This document shows, piece after piece, positions 1 to 11,353 of a stretch of 64,000 nt of DNA. The stretch's first letter is position 1. Every line of letters begins with the position of its first letter. The translations under genes were made by a program, and so were the position numbers. The DNA lies in the NCBI GenBank assembly GCA_963835065.1, contig CAWIEK010000050.1:32001-96000 (forward strand), read 5' to 3'. The DNA is from an uncultured Chthonomonadaceae bacterium (GTDB taxonomy: Bacteria; Armatimonadota; Chthonomonadetes; Chthonomonadales; Chthonomonadaceae). The notes under the pieces are model-generated. The model saw nothing but the letters and a program-made list of their open reading frames with translations. It had not been told where the DNA came from and searched no databases.

Positions 1-84
1 AGGGCGCTTGTCTGGGGTTTGTAAATCTATCACTTCCCGTGACGCGGGCATGATGAATCACGCCCCTACGCATGTTTCAGGAAC

Positions 85-354
85 TTGTTCTTTTACAGAC
101 CCTTAATGTGCTATAACAAGGACAGACAGATAGGACCTGTTTCCAAACAGGAACGCGCAAAAGCAGTTAATCGCTTCACGCTGGAGTTTCTAAACGAGTT
201 TGCGGACGTAAACGGCGGAATTGATTGGGAGAAGCTGCTGCGCTTCAATAGTGGCAAGGAAACATACGCCCGTGCTGCCAAGCCAGCGACCGAGCGAGTG
301 AGCAAGCGTAAAGCCAAAGGCAAGGAGAATACGCCTGGGCTTGAACCCTCCTAA
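85..354 (+). pseudogene. C-terminal fragment resembling a type II restriction endonuclease (PmeII/EcoO109I-like)
   Basis: The stretch AKAVNRFTLEFLNEFADVNGGIDWEKLLRFNSG resembles the C-terminus of this family as I recall it. There is no credible N-terminus. Confidence 0.35.
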
Positions 355-3024
355 TGAGCGGCTTCAACACCTACCGGCAGGAAGTTCCGTATAAATTGAA
401 AGAAAAAGTTTTGTATATTTTACAGATTACCTCGTTCTCCGAAATCCGCGCAAATTCAAGGGCTACCCGCCGGTTATGGGTGGCAGTCGGCTGCCTGGCA
501 ACTCCCGCCTTGCTGCTGGGCTATCTGTCGGCGGTATCCGCCAGCCTTGCCGCCCCGCCACCGCCATCCGAGTACGAGAAGGTGGTGAAGCCGTTCTTCA
601 CGAAATACTGCGTTTCGTGTCACGGCGCAAGTCTCCAGCGCGGCGGGATTCGCCTGGACACGCTCAGTCACGACTTTTCCACGCCTGTCACCGCGATGCA
701 CTGGGCCGATATTATGGAGCGCATGAACGCGGCGGAAATGCCCCCGAAAGGCTCCTTGCAGCCGAAGCCGAAAGAAGTGGCGAATATCGCCGACTGGATT
801 ACCGCGCAGCTCAAGGAAGCGGATGCCGACCAGAAAGCCGGGTTGGGGGAAAAAGTGGCGTTTCGCAGGCTGACCCGCGAGGAGTACCGCAACACGGTAC
901 GCGACCTGCTTGGCGTTACCGTAGATGTGACCGACCCTGCCGGGCTGCCGGAAGACCCGGACTGGCAGGGGTTCGAGCGTATCGGCTCCGTGCTGACCAT
1001 TTCGCCCGCGCACATCGAAAAATATCTGGCCGTTGCGGAATCCGCCCTGAACGAAGCCCTGCCGCTCGGCCCGCAGCCCCCACGCGACAGCATCCGTTGG
1101 ACGCCCTTCGACCTGCGCGGGTCGTCGGTGAGAAATCAGTTTATTGCCAGAGGAATCGCCGGTAAAACGCGCGCCGACATCGTGCCGAACAATGGCGCGA
1201 ACGGCACACCCGGCGAAAATCAACTGCTCAACATCAAAACTGCCGGGGAGTACAGCGTCCGGTTGAAACTGAGCGGCCTGCGTCCTCCCGGCGGCATCCC
1301 GCCCCGCGTGAGCGTGTATGCGGCAGACCTGGGACGAACGCTGTTCGAGCAGGATGTGGAAGCGCCGGAAGACAAGCCCATCACCATCGAGTTCCGTACG
1401 CATCTTCCCGCCGGGGCGCATCAGATTCGCATTCTCAATGCCGTTCCCGGCCCGAACCCGGAAGCGAGTTCTTCCCGCCCGGATGGCGCGCATCCCTTTA
1501 CCGATCTGCGCCGCCGCCAGCCCTGGCAGATCAAGCTGACCGATGACGATTTCAAGCCCCTGGTTCCGTCCATCCTGCTCGACTCGGTGGAGTGGGAAGG
1601 TCCGCTGCTCCCGTCCTGGCCGACGCCTGCCTATCGCCAAATCTTCTTTCGCGGGGAAGGCGCGACAAAGGATAGCGCGTACGCCCGGCAAATACTGGCC
1701 CGCTTTGCCGAACGCGCGTATCGGCGTCCCGCGCAGCCGGGGGAAGTGGAACGCCTCGTCAGGCTTTTTGAAAACTCGCAAAAGCTTGGGGACAGCTTCG
1801 AGGCTTCCGTGCGGACGGCATTGCTTGCGGCGCTATGCTCCAAGAGTTTTATCTATCTCGTGGAAGGGCAGGCAAATACGGCCACAGGAACGCCACCGCC
1901 AGACGCGGCGCGAATACAAACCGTAAGCCTCCCGCCCGCTCCTAAAGCAACCGCCAAACCGCTCAAATCTACTGCCATTGCGGCCACCATCCCTGCTGAC
2001 GGATTGGGAGATCGCGTCGCGCCTTTCCTATTTCCTGTGGAGTACGATGCCGGACGCGCGCCTGCTGGAACTTGCGCGGATGGGCAAACTGCATCAGCCG
2101 GCCATTCTGCGCGCGGAAGCGCAGCGGATGCTGGCGGATAAGCGCAGCGCGGCCTTTGCCGATTCCTTTCCGCGCCAATGGCTGCAATTGCGCCGCGTAG
2201 GCATGTTCCCGCCCGACCGGAAACTCTATCCCAACTATGACGACTATCTGGAAAAGAGCATGGTGGACGAAACCACCGCCTTCTTTCGCGAAGTCCTGAC
2301 ACATAATCTGGGCATCGGGCAGTTCCTCGACTCGGATTGGACAATGCTCAATCGGCGGCTGGCGGAACACTACGGCATCGCGGGCGTGGAAGGCGAAGCG
2401 TTTCAGCGCGTGGCCTTGAAACCGGAGTACCATCGCGGCGGTTTGCTCACGCAAGCCTCCATTCTCAGCCTGACTTCGGACGGCACGCGGCATCGCCCCG
2501 TGCATCGCGGCAAATGGATACTGGAGTCCATGCTGGGAAAAGCGCCGCCGCCCCCGCCCGCCAATGTGCCGGCCCTCAAGTCCAGCGCGTCCAACCAGCC
2601 CAAAATGTCGCTGCGGGCCAAGCTGGAAGCGCACCGCCAGGACCCCAACTGCGCCGCTTGCCACCGTAAAATCGATCCGCTCGGCCTGGCCTTCGACAAT
2701 TATGACGCGATTGGACACTGGCGCACAGTGGAGGCCGTGTCCGATGGCGCGGGCGCAAATCCCGCGCTTGACCCCGGCGGCGTTCTGCCCGATGGCCGCA
2801 AATTCGCCGATGCCGCGGGCTTGAAGAAATTGATGCTTGCCGATGAGGACAAGTTCGCCACAGCGTTCACGGAGAAACTCGCCACGTATGCCCTGCGCCG
2901 CGCCATGACCTTCCCGGATCGCGCCAGATTGCAGCGCATCACCGTACAAAGCAAATCGAACGGCTACAAACTCGCGTCCCTGGTTCAAACCCTGGTCACA
3001 AGCGACCTTTTTCAAGGCCGCTAG
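354..3024 (+). CDS. Planctomycete-type cytochrome c / DUF1587-1595-1592-1588-1585 (PSD) domain protein, frameshifted near 1980
   Basis: CVSCHG haem motif and RRLTREEYRNTVRDLLG in ORF 354-2141. The protein continues in ORF 1978-3024 with EIASRLSYFLWSTMPD, RPVHRGKWILE and CAACH. The true start is probably downstream of 354. Confidence 0.85.
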
Positions 3025-3104
3025 TTTACTGCGGCGTAAGTTCATGGGCAGTTTGCCAGTCAGCGAAGTCGAATGGAAAAATCTGTTATCTGAAATCTAG
3101 ATAA

Positions 3105-3113
3105 TGGTATAAT
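3105..3113 (+). promoter_or_regulatory. Extended -10 promoter element (TGnTATAAT), probably a leaderless or very short leader transcript
   Basis: TGGTATAAT lies 6 nt upstream of ATG 3120. Confidence 0.5.
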
Positions 3114-3119
3114 GGAGGC

Positions 3120-3635
3120 ATGGAACTGAACACTATAGATGTCCTTGTCCTTCTTAAGATACAAGCGTTAGAGTCTGAGCAGTGGACGCAAACTTCTCTT
3201 GCTAACGAACTCTGTGTCTCACAATCGCAGGTACACGCCGCGTTAAAACGCGCGGAAGCGGCACGTCTCTTTTCCTCTGTGTCGAAACGCCTCTCCCGGC
3301 AGGCGCTTGCGGAGTTTCTTATTCATGGCGTGAAGTATGCGTTTCCTCCTGAGCGGGGAGGACTGACGCGCGGAATTGTAACAAGTTATGCAGCTTCCCC
3401 TCTCCACGACCTTATTGTGCAGCCGGATACGCCGCCTCCCGTATGGCCTCATGCCGAGGGCACACAAAGAGGATATGAGTTCGAGCCTTTGGATAAGCGC
3501 GCCCCCAGGGCTGCGCTTAAGGATTCAAAACTCTATGAGCTACTGGTACTGGTAGACGCGATCCGAGACGGACGCCCCAGGGAGACAAATCTTGCTGTCG
3601 GTATTTTGAACGAGCGATTAGGACAGGGCGCATGA
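3120..3635 (+). CDS. N-terminal HTH protein, putative antitoxin/regulator partner of the downstream nucleotidyltransferase
   Basis: HTH segment TQTSLANELCVSQSQVHAALKR, plus EFLIHGVKYAFP and LYELLVLVDAIR. Overlaps the next gene (ATGA). Confidence 0.65.
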   Translation: MELNTIDVLVLLKIQALESEQWTQTSLANELCVSQSQVHAALKRAEAARLFSSVSKRLSRQALAEFLIHGVKYAFPPERGGLTRGIVTSYAASPLHDLIVQPDTPPPVWPHAEGTQRGYEFEPLDKRAPRAALKDSKLYELLVLVDAIRDGRPRETNLAVGILNERLGQGA

Positions 3636-4330
3636 CCAACCGGGAAATCGCCAGAGAGAATATCCTGCGCGTTGCGCGTAAGTTGGGCCATTTACGGGAA
3701 CGAGCCGTGTTTTTGGGAGGAGCCGTTACCGCGCTCCTGATCACGGACCCGGCTGCGCCCGATGTTCGTCCCACAAAGGACGTGGACATTGCTGTCCAAA
3801 CCGTCTCGCTTTCTGACACGGTGCGGCTGGATGAAGAATTGAGGGCGCTTGACTTTCAACACTGCATGGACCCGGGGGCGCCAATCTGCCGATGGGTTAT
3901 TGAGGACTGTCTGGTGGATGTAATCCCGGTCGGGACAGGCATCAATGCCTATAAAGATCGCTGGTCTCCGGCTGCTATCGAGCAGGCGCAGCATGTAGAG
4001 TTTGAACCTGGGCTTTGGATTCGCCATGTAACAGCGCCTTACTTCGTCGCCATTAAATTGGAAACCTTTGGCGACCGGGGAGCAGGAAACTATCAGGACA
4101 GCCAGGACATAGATGACATCATTCAATTGATTGATGGCCGTCCAGAACTTATAGCCGAACTCGCGGCTTCAGAACCTGCCCTACGCGCATACGTTGCTTC
4201 AGAATTTCGCGTACTCCTGGAAAGCAGCCGATTCCTGGACGCAATTTCCGCGCACCTTCTTCCAGACGCGGCGAGTCAGGCCAGAGAACTCCTTATTCTT
4301 GAGCGGATGACCCATATCCAAGTTTTATGA
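3632..4330 (+). CDS. Nucleotidyltransferase-fold protein (AbiEii/type IV TA toxin-like)
   Basis: Pol-beta NTase motifs VFLGGA...RPTKDVD and a C-terminal K...RG....SQDIDDI. Confidence 0.7.
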   Translation: MTNREIARENILRVARKLGHLRERAVFLGGAVTALLITDPAAPDVRPTKDVDIAVQTVSLSDTVRLDEELRALDFQHCMDPGAPICRWVIEDCLVDVIPVGTGINAYKDRWSPAAIEQAQHVEFEPGLWIRHVTAPYFVAIKLETFGDRGAGNYQDSQDIDDIIQLIDGRPELIAELAASEPALRAYVASEFRVLLESSRFLDAISAHLLPDAASQARELLILERMTHIQVL

Positions 4331-4348
4331 CCGCAGGAGGAGGTTGCC

Positions 4349-4684
4349 ATGCAATCTTATGCAGAAAAACGACCCGTCTACCCCATCCATCCCGGCGCAA
4401 TCCTGGCGGATGAATTAGCCGAACTCCAAATGTCACCTGCCGAACTGGCCCGCGAATTGCATGTTCCCTCGAATCGCCTGTATCAGCTGATTGCCGGCAA
4501 ACGCGCTATGACCGCCGACACAGCCTTGCGTCTGGAACAATGGCTCGGTGTTGAAGCAGCCTTTTGGATGAACCTGCAAAAAAGCTACGAACTTGACCTT
4601 GCCACCGAGCAAATCGGCGAGGAAATCAAGCGGTTAATCCGCCGCCGCGCCCCGGTTTCCCAGGAGCAGACAATAGCCGCCTGA
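4349..4684 (+). CDS. higA: HigA-family addiction module antitoxin (HTH-XRE)
   Basis: HPGAILADEL...GKRAMTADTALRL...FWMNLQ..Y. Strong RBS AGGAGG. No adjacent higB. Confidence 0.9.
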   Translation: MQSYAEKRPVYPIHPGAILADELAELQMSPAELARELHVPSNRLYQLIAGKRAMTADTALRLEQWLGVEAAFWMNLQKSYELDLATEQIGEEIKRLIRRRAPVSQEQTIAA

Positions 4685-4703
4685 CGTCAAAGGACAACAA
4701 TCT

Positions 4704-6095
4704 GTGAGCAACATTCTTACTCAAAACTGGCTTCTTTCGCGCCGTCACTTTCTGCGCGGGTGCGGGACTGTAATGGCCCTGCCGCTCCTGGACGCGATGA
4801 CGCCCCTGTTTGCCGGGGCAAGCGCGGTTTCCAAGCCGCGCCGCAGCGTCTTTGTGTATATTCCGAACGGCGTGAACGGCATGGCCTGGCAGGTCACGAA
4901 GCCGGGGCGGGGGTATGAACTTTCCCCCTCGTTGAAGCCGCTGGAAAAGCACCGCGACGATTTCACGGTTTTCAGCGGCCTGCACCACCCGAACGGGCTG
5001 GGGCAGGCGCATGTGTGCGCGGATACCTGGCTGACGGGCGCGAAGATTGACGCGCAAAGCGCGCGGCAGTACCACAACACGGTTTCCTGCGACCAGCTTA
5101 TGGCCGAAGTCACCTCCAAGCATACGCGCTTCGCTTCGCTGGAACTGTCCATCAGTTCGGGAACCGGGCAGCCGAACAACTCAACGACGCTTGCTTTTTC
5201 CCGTGACGGCGTGCCGCTCCCCGCCGAAGACAACCCCCGCAACATTTTCGACCGGCTGTTCGGCGCAGAGTCCGGCGGCGTGGCGGCGCAGCGCGCCCGT
5301 TTGAACAAACGCCATTCGGTGCTGGATGCCATACTCGATGACGCGAAATCCCTGCGTCTTGGGCTTGGCGTTAATGACCGCGCGAAACTGGATGAATACC
5401 TGCACTCGGTACGCGATGTCGAGCAGCGCGCGGAACGGCTGGATGCCTGGCTGGATGTGCCCAAACCCAAAGTGGATGGCGCTCCGTTCCAGCGCGAAGT
5501 TTCCAAAGCGCAGGCCGGGGAATACTGGCGCACCATGTTCGATCTGATCGTACTCGCCCTGCGCACCGACATGACCCGCGTGGTCACGTACATGAACGGC
5601 AGCGAGGGCAACGGGCTGGCGATCCCGGAAATCGGCATCACGCAGTCGCGCCATAACCTGTCGCACCACAACGGCGACCCGGAAATCCTTGCCCGCCTCG
5701 CGCACAGCGATGCGTTTATCATGCGGCAGTTCGCGCATTTCCTGGATCGTCTTCAGGCCGAAACCGAGGACGGGGAAACGCTTCTTGACCGCACGATGGT
5801 GCTGTTCGGCAGCGGCATGAGCTATGGGCACAGCCACTCCAACAGCAATCTGCCTATCCTGCTTGCGGGTGGGCGCGGCCTGGGACTGAAGCACGGCCAG
5901 CACATTGATTACAACAAGCCGCACGTTTCCGGCGAGTATACGCTCAGTTATGACGAGTGGCGCGATCTTTGCGGCAAGCCCCGTGACGAAAAGGCGCGTT
6001 TGAGCAATGTCATGCTCACCATGATGCAGAAGATGGAAGTGAACGCGGAGCGCTTCGTGGACAGCCTGGGGCCGGTGTCAGAGGTAATTGGATGA
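4704..6095 (+). CDS. DUF1552 domain protein
   Basis: SRRHFLRG...LPLLDAM, YIPNGV, DEYLHSVRDVE, HNLSHH, NLPILLAGG. Usual partner of DUF1592 proteins. Confidence 0.9.
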   Translation: MSNILTQNWLLSRRHFLRGCGTVMALPLLDAMTPLFAGASAVSKPRRSVFVYIPNGVNGMAWQVTKPGRGYELSPSLKPLEKHRDDFTVFSGLHHPNGLGQAHVCADTWLTGAKIDAQSARQYHNTVSCDQLMAEVTSKHTRFASLELSISSGTGQPNNSTTLAFSRDGVPLPAEDNPRNIFDRLFGAESGGVAAQRARLNKRHSVLDAILDDAKSLRLGLGVNDRAKLDEYLHSVRDVEQRAERLDAWLDVPKPKVDGAPFQREVSKAQAGEYWRTMFDLIVLALRTDMTRVVTYMNGSEGNGLAIPEIGITQSRHNLSHHNGDPEILARLAHSDAFIMRQFAHFLDRLQAETEDGETLLDRTMVLFGSGMSYGHSHSNSNLPILLAGGRGLGLKHGQHIDYNKPHVSGEYTLSYDEWRDLCGKPRDEKARLSNVMLTMMQKMEVNAERFVDSLGPVSEVIG

Positions 6096-8312
6096 GAGCG
6101 TGGCCTGCCCTTATCCTCCCGTTTCTGATCGCGCTTCTTGCGGCACAGGGCGCGAAACCCGCTCTTGTCCCGCAGGCGGCAAAACTCGCGCCTGCCTGTC
6201 AGACGGACGCGAAAGTTCCCGTTCGTGCCGACGCTGCGAACCAAAACCTGCCCGCCTACCGGCTCAAGCCCGGTGAATTTCCGCCCCTTCACTCCGAACA
6301 GCGGGTCGGCGGCGAACTGGTGGAAGCGGATTACATCCATCGCTGCGGCGTGTTCCGCAGGGAGGGCACGGGCGAACGGGTGAATTTCACCCTGCCGCCG
6401 TTCGGTTCCGTGTATTACCTCAACGCCGAGGCCGATCTGCGGGATGTGCCCATCGGAACGTATTTCCAGTTCTTCCTCTACCCGGACGAGAAAGGCGGTT
6501 TTACGCAAGCGGCTACGATGCAGGACGAGTATACCCTGACCGCCGCGCATGGCTTCAGCTATCGGTTGAATGAGGCAAGGCTGGCGGAGGGCAAACTGCT
6601 CATCACCCGGCAGAGCGTACCGAAGAACGAAGCGCAGAACGAATTAACAAATGAAGGGAAGAGCGAGCCGGAGGCCGCGCTGAACGAAATACGGGTAAAT
6701 AACCGTACCCGCGTGTGGAAAGGCGAGAAGCAGGGTACGCTGAACGATCTGGCGGCGGGGGATGAACTGCTTTTCAACTTCACGGGCGGTTGGGGGCAAA
6801 CGCCCCGCCGATGCGCCGACATTTGGGTTGGAGCGGATACCCACAAGTTCGCAACCGAGCAGCAGCGCAAACGACATGCGGCGTTCGTCAAAGAGCGCGG
6901 CGTACCCGCCTGGATAGACCGCGTGGAGGGCGATAAACTCACCGTCACCCTGTTCAGCGGCGATCCCGCCACGCTGCAAGCCCTGTTCAAAGCGGAAAGA
7001 ATTGACCCCGCGCTGTGGGCAAAGGAGCATCGCCGCATTGCCGTCGCCGTCGCCAACGAACACCTGCGCACCTACCTTCCGAACGTGACCAACCGGGGCG
7101 CGACGGTGCAGGAGTTTCAAAGCGTCCCGACAGACGGTTACGGGTGCAGCGGCATACGCTGCGTCATTCAGCCCGAACTGATGCTCGAAGGCTTCCGCAA
7201 AGGCCGCATCGTCCGTCTCTTTCCTCCTTCCTGGCCCATCGAAGCCATGCCGTTTGGCGAGGGGCTGTTTGCCGGAGGACACGATGAGGAACCTGCCGAC
7301 TTCGAAGGAACTCCAGCCCGCAGACTTCCCCTACCGCATGGATTTCGGGAACGAAAACCTGCCCTGGTATCAGCTTCAGCCCGGCGTGTTTCCCCCCGAC
7401 CACTCCGAACACCGTGTCGGCGGCGAACTGGTGAAGGTGGACGCCGCCCACCGCTCCGGCCAATTCCGCATGGATCGCACCGGGGAGTTGGTAAACTTCA
7501 CCCTGCCGCCGTTCGGCTCCGTCCTGTATCTGCAATGCCGATGCCGAATTGGAGGACTTGCCCCTGGGGATGCGCTGCCTCTTCTTTCTCTATCAAGGAC
7601 GAAAAAGGCGCGTTCACCAGAGCCGGCGTCGTCGATGGATGAATACTCTTACCTCGCCGGGAACACGCTGACCTACCGCCTTGAAACAGCGCAACTTGAC
7701 GAGGGCAAGCTGGTCATAGCCCGACACCCCGCGCCCGTGCAGGTGGATTACATACTGGAACCGCGAGTCGCGCCGGACTTTGGCCGTATTGAACTTGAGG
7801 TAGATGCCAAAACCCGCGTCTGGAAAGGCGACCATCAAATCAAACTCAGTGGCCTTGTGGCGGGCGATGAACTGCTCGTCAATCTTGCCGCCCGGACAAC
7901 GACAAGCCGGGGCCGCTGTACCGACATTTGGGTTGGAGCGGATACCCACAAACTCGCCACTGAACAGCAGCGCAAAAAACACGCGGCGTTCGTCAAAGAG
8001 CATGGCGTGCCGGGCTGGATTGACAGCGTGGACGGCAACGAATTCACTGTAACCTTCTTTGCCGGCAATCGAACGGGCTTTGCGGCGCTGTTAGTCCCCG
8101 ACCCTTACGGCAAAAGCGTCCGCGTGGCGCTTGCCGATGAGCAGCGCAATCCCCTGAGCGGCAGAGTGGATCAGATGATCTTCAAGGCCCACCTGCCGGA
8201 CAGGGATACGGCAGGGGTCTACGGGTGCAGTGGCGTATGCTGGGGCTTCGCCTCTGGAAAACTGCCCGAAGGCTACCGCAAAGGCCGTGTCGTCCGCGTC
8301 TACGTTCAGTAA
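6092..8312 (+). CDS. Secreted hypothetical protein with two tandem homologous domains, frameshifted (~7290, ~7540-7630)
   Basis: Signal peptide. NLP.Y.L.PG.FPP.HSE.RVGGELV and DIWVGADTHK.ATEQQRK.HAAFVKE each occur twice (ORFs 6092-7642 and 7254-8312). Confidence 0.65.
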
Positions 8313-8716
8313 CGATCTTCCGAACCGTCTTTCACGCGTTGTGCGCCTTGCAGCCAATGACCGGGCGCAACATACGGAAACAGCAGCGCGCTCCACCGTT
8401 CCTGTAAGGAAGCGAACAATTGTCTTGTTCCGCAGCCGGAATATAGTTTTGCCTCTGTAACCGGTTGTACCCTGCCCTAAACTTTAGAAGTGTTATTTCT
8501 GCCTGTCCTTCTTTCCGCCTCCTGTAAGGCAACTCTGCTCCTCCTTTTTCAGTAAACAAATGACCGGCCACGTCATAATGTCCTCTGAGTCTTGCGTTTC
8601 CATTTCCCTTCGGAACGCAACTGGAGTTCGACATTGCACATCGGGCTATTGTGGCGTTCGCGCGCAAAACGCAAACCGCGAAATGAAGACGCTCATACGA
8701 AAGGAAGGCAATCACA

Positions 8717-9307
8717 ATGTCGCTTGCCGGTTCGCGCCCCGCTCGTGAAAAGGCTTCCCACGCGCCTCTGGCCGATGTCATGGATCGTAATATCGCTACC
8801 CTGATCGCCATGCGCCAGAAAAGCGAACGCGCCAAAGGGATTCAGGAGCGCGCGGCGGACAGTATCACAGGCTTTACGGGCAGCATGATGTTCGTGTACG
8901 CGCATCTCATCTGGTTCGGAGGCTGGGTCATCTACAACCTGATTTGCCGACGGATGTTGGGCGCAGAGCCGTTCGACCCCTATCCCTTCGGCCTGCTGAC
9001 GATGATCGGCTCGCTGGAAGCGATTTTCCTGTCTACGTTCGTGCTGATCAGTCAGAACCGCATGGCGGCGGCGGCAGACCGGCGCGCAGAACTGGATTTG
9101 CAAATCAACCTGCTGGCCGAGCATGAGGTTACGCAGGTGCTGACGCTTGTGGACGCGATGGCAAAGCAGATGGGCATCCGGCAGCAATTCGACCCCGACA
9201 TCGAAGAGTCGAAAATGGATGTGAATCCCGCCGTCGTCATCGAGGAAATCGAACGGCGCGAGGCAAGCGGAAAGGCAGGCGACATAAGCGAAGCGCCTGT
9301 AACCTGA
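8717..9307 (+). CDS. DUF1003 membrane protein
   Basis: FDPYPFGLLTMIGSLEAIFLSTFVLISQNR...DLQINL. Confidence 0.9.
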   Translation: MSLAGSRPAREKASHAPLADVMDRNIATLIAMRQKSERAKGIQERAADSITGFTGSMMFVYAHLIWFGGWVIYNLICRRMLGAEPFDPYPFGLLTMIGSLEAIFLSTFVLISQNRMAAAADRRAELDLQINLLAEHEVTQVLTLVDAMAKQMGIRQQFDPDIEESKMDVNPAVVIEEIERREASGKAGDISEAPVT

Positions 9308-9397
9308 ATCGAATACTTCATTAAACACGAAAGCGCCTTGAATAGTCTTGAACATCCAAGCAGAGTTGACTTCAAGGCAGAAGAAGGAACCACAAGA

Positions 9398-10108
9398 ATG
9401 TCACTGCTAGACACCCGCGACCTGCTGGAATACGACCTGAGCGTGATGATTGCCGCCGAAAAACAAATACTGGAAATGCTGCCCTTACTTGCCAAAGAAA
9501 GCGACGATACGCTCCTGCGCAACGGCTTCACGCACCATGCAACGCAGACGCGCAAACAAATCGAAAATCTGGAGTCCTGCTGCAGCCTGCTCAACTTTCA
9601 GCCCCGGCAAGCCGTCTGCCATGTTACGGCGGGGCTGAAGCAGGATCATGACACGTTTGCGCAGGAAGGGCCGTCCGCCGCCGCGCAAGTCCTGTTCGAT
9701 ATGGGCGCGGCGCTGAAAACCGAGCATTTCGAGATTGCCTGCTATCGCGGCCTGATTACCAAAGCGTCGCTGATGGGCAAGCCGGAAGTGGTAAACCTGC
9801 TGCAGCAAAATCTGGCGCAGGAAGAGGAGATGGCGCGGCAGTTGGAGGAACTTGCGCCCCTGGAAGCGCGCAAAGCAATGGCAAGCGCAAACGGCGCGTC
9901 GGAGGCGGAGGCGGACGAGGATGAGGAAGCCGCCAATAACCATGTCAAACGCGACAGCGGCCTCCGCATCGGGGAAGGCAATCAAACCGGCAACGACATC
10001 GCCCCGCCCACCACGCTCCGGCATCCCACTGAACAGCGTTTGGAAGAAGCGGGCATCAGCCACAGCGCCGCAGAAGTGCAGCGCGAAGAAGCCGGCGACG
10101 AGCGCTGA
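9398..10108 (+). CDS. Ferritin-like DUF892 (YciE/YciF family) protein
   Basis: AEKQILEML, HATQTRKQIENL, KTEHFEIACY, NLAQEE. The ATG at 9398 follows AAGGA. Confidence 0.85.
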   Translation: MSLLDTRDLLEYDLSVMIAAEKQILEMLPLLAKESDDTLLRNGFTHHATQTRKQIENLESCCSLLNFQPRQAVCHVTAGLKQDHDTFAQEGPSAAAQVLFDMGAALKTEHFEIACYRGLITKASLMGKPEVVNLLQQNLAQEEEMARQLEELAPLEARKAMASANGASEAEADEDEEAANNHVKRDSGLRIGEGNQTGNDIAPPTTLRHPTEQRLEEAGISHSAAEVQREEAGDER

Positions 10109-10181
10109 CCCCATCCCTCGGAATAGCTGCCAAAACGAAACCGGCAATGGCGTTCATTTTCCATTGCCGGTTCCCGCTCCT

Positions 10182-10919
10182 TTATTTTGCGGCGTATGCC
10201 GTTCCCTCAATTGCTTCGAGCGCGTCGGCTAACTCGTTGGGCGCTCCCTGCGCGTGGTGTTCCCCGCCCCGGATGCTTTCGTAGCAAAGCGAAGCCGCAA
10301 TCGCGCCAATGGCGGGGCCGACGACATAGACCCAATAAACGGCAAGCGGAGTCGCGCCCCCGAACAGCGCCGGGCCAAGCGAACGCGCCGGGTTCATGGA
10401 GCCGCCCGTAATCGCGCCGCCAATCAGCACGTCGAAGACAACGGTAAGCCCAATCGCCAATCCCGGAACCGCGCCGTTTGCGCGCTTGTCGGTGGCAACG
10501 GCGATGATGACGAGCATGAGAAAGAAGGTAAGCACGGCTTCCACGCCGACTGCGCGCAAAAGCGGACCGCTTGCGGGAATGTGGACGCCATGCCCGCCCC
10601 CGAACAACAGCGCCACGAGGGCAGCCGCCGCAATGCCGCCCAGGAACTCCGCAATCCAGTACGGCAGCACATACTTCCAGGGAAAGCGTTTAGCGACAGC
10701 GAAGCCCAATGTCACCGCCGGGTTGAAATGCGCGGCGGAGATGTGGCCGAGCGCGTAGATCATGGCAAGGACAGCCAATCCCGACACCCACGCAGCCGCC
10801 ATCAGGCTGCTGTCCGCGCCGGGAAAGCGGCCAACCGCCGACAGCGCAACCGGCGGAAAGACAATGCCGAACGTGCCGACAAATTCCGCCACGCAGCGCC
10901 GGAGCATAGCGTTTTCCAA
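10182..10919 (-). CDS. MIP-family aquaporin/aquaglyceroporin (arsenite channel in the ars operon)
   Basis: AEFVGT, AHFNPAVT and SMNPARS (two NPA motifs). Confidence 0.9.
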   Translation of the reverse strand: MENAMLRRCVAEFVGTFGIVFPPVALSAVGRFPGADSSLMAAAWVSGLAVLAMIYALGHISAAHFNPAVTLGFAVAKRFPWKYVLPYWIAEFLGGIAAAALVALLFGGGHGVHIPASGPLLRAVGVEAVLTFFLMLVIIAVATDKRANGAVPGLAIGLTVVFDVLIGGAITGGSMNPARSLGPALFGGATPLAVYWVYVVGPAIGAIAASLCYESIRGGEHHAQGAPNELADALEAIEGTAYAAK

Positions 10920-10922
10920 CGC

Positions 10923-11330
10923 CTACCCTCCCATTTCTGAAAGCAGTGCTTCCACGCGGGCTTTGATTTCGTCGCGTATAGCGCGCACTTTTTCAAGCGG
11001 CTGCCCTTTGGGATCGTCAAGCCCCCAATCTTCGCTCAGGTGAATGCGCGCCGGGCAAGAGTCCGCGTCCACGCCGCAGCCCATCGTCACAACACGGTCC
11101 GCGCTATCGGCCATTGCCTGCGTGAGCTGCTTGGGTGTCTGCGCTTCCATTGAAACTCCCACTTCCCGCATAACCGCAAGCGCAGCCGGGTTTATCTCCT
11201 CCCCGGCGATGGTTCCGGCAGAAAGCGCGCGAACGGCAAGTCCACGTTCTTTTGCCAGGGTATTCGTGAACGCCTCGGCCATTTGCGAACGTCCGGCGTT
11301 GTGAACGCAGACATAAAGAACCGTTTTCAT
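10923..11330 (-). CDS. arsC: Arsenate reductase, LMW-PTP family
   Basis: CVHNAGRSQMAE P-loop, TMGCG and WGLDDPKGQ. Confidence 0.9.
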   Translation of the reverse strand: MKTVLYVCVHNAGRSQMAEAFTNTLAKERGLAVRALSAGTIAGEEINPAALAVMREVGVSMEAQTPKQLTQAMADSADRVVTMGCGVDADSCPARIHLSEDWGLDDPKGQPLEKVRAIRDEIKARVEALLSEMGG

Positions 11331-11353
11331 CAGGTGTTTTCTCCCTCACAGCC

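Noticed and set aside
8332..8835. 167-aa minus-strand ORF
   Set aside because: Overlaps the DUF1003 start and an AT-rich promoter-like region; no protein-like features.
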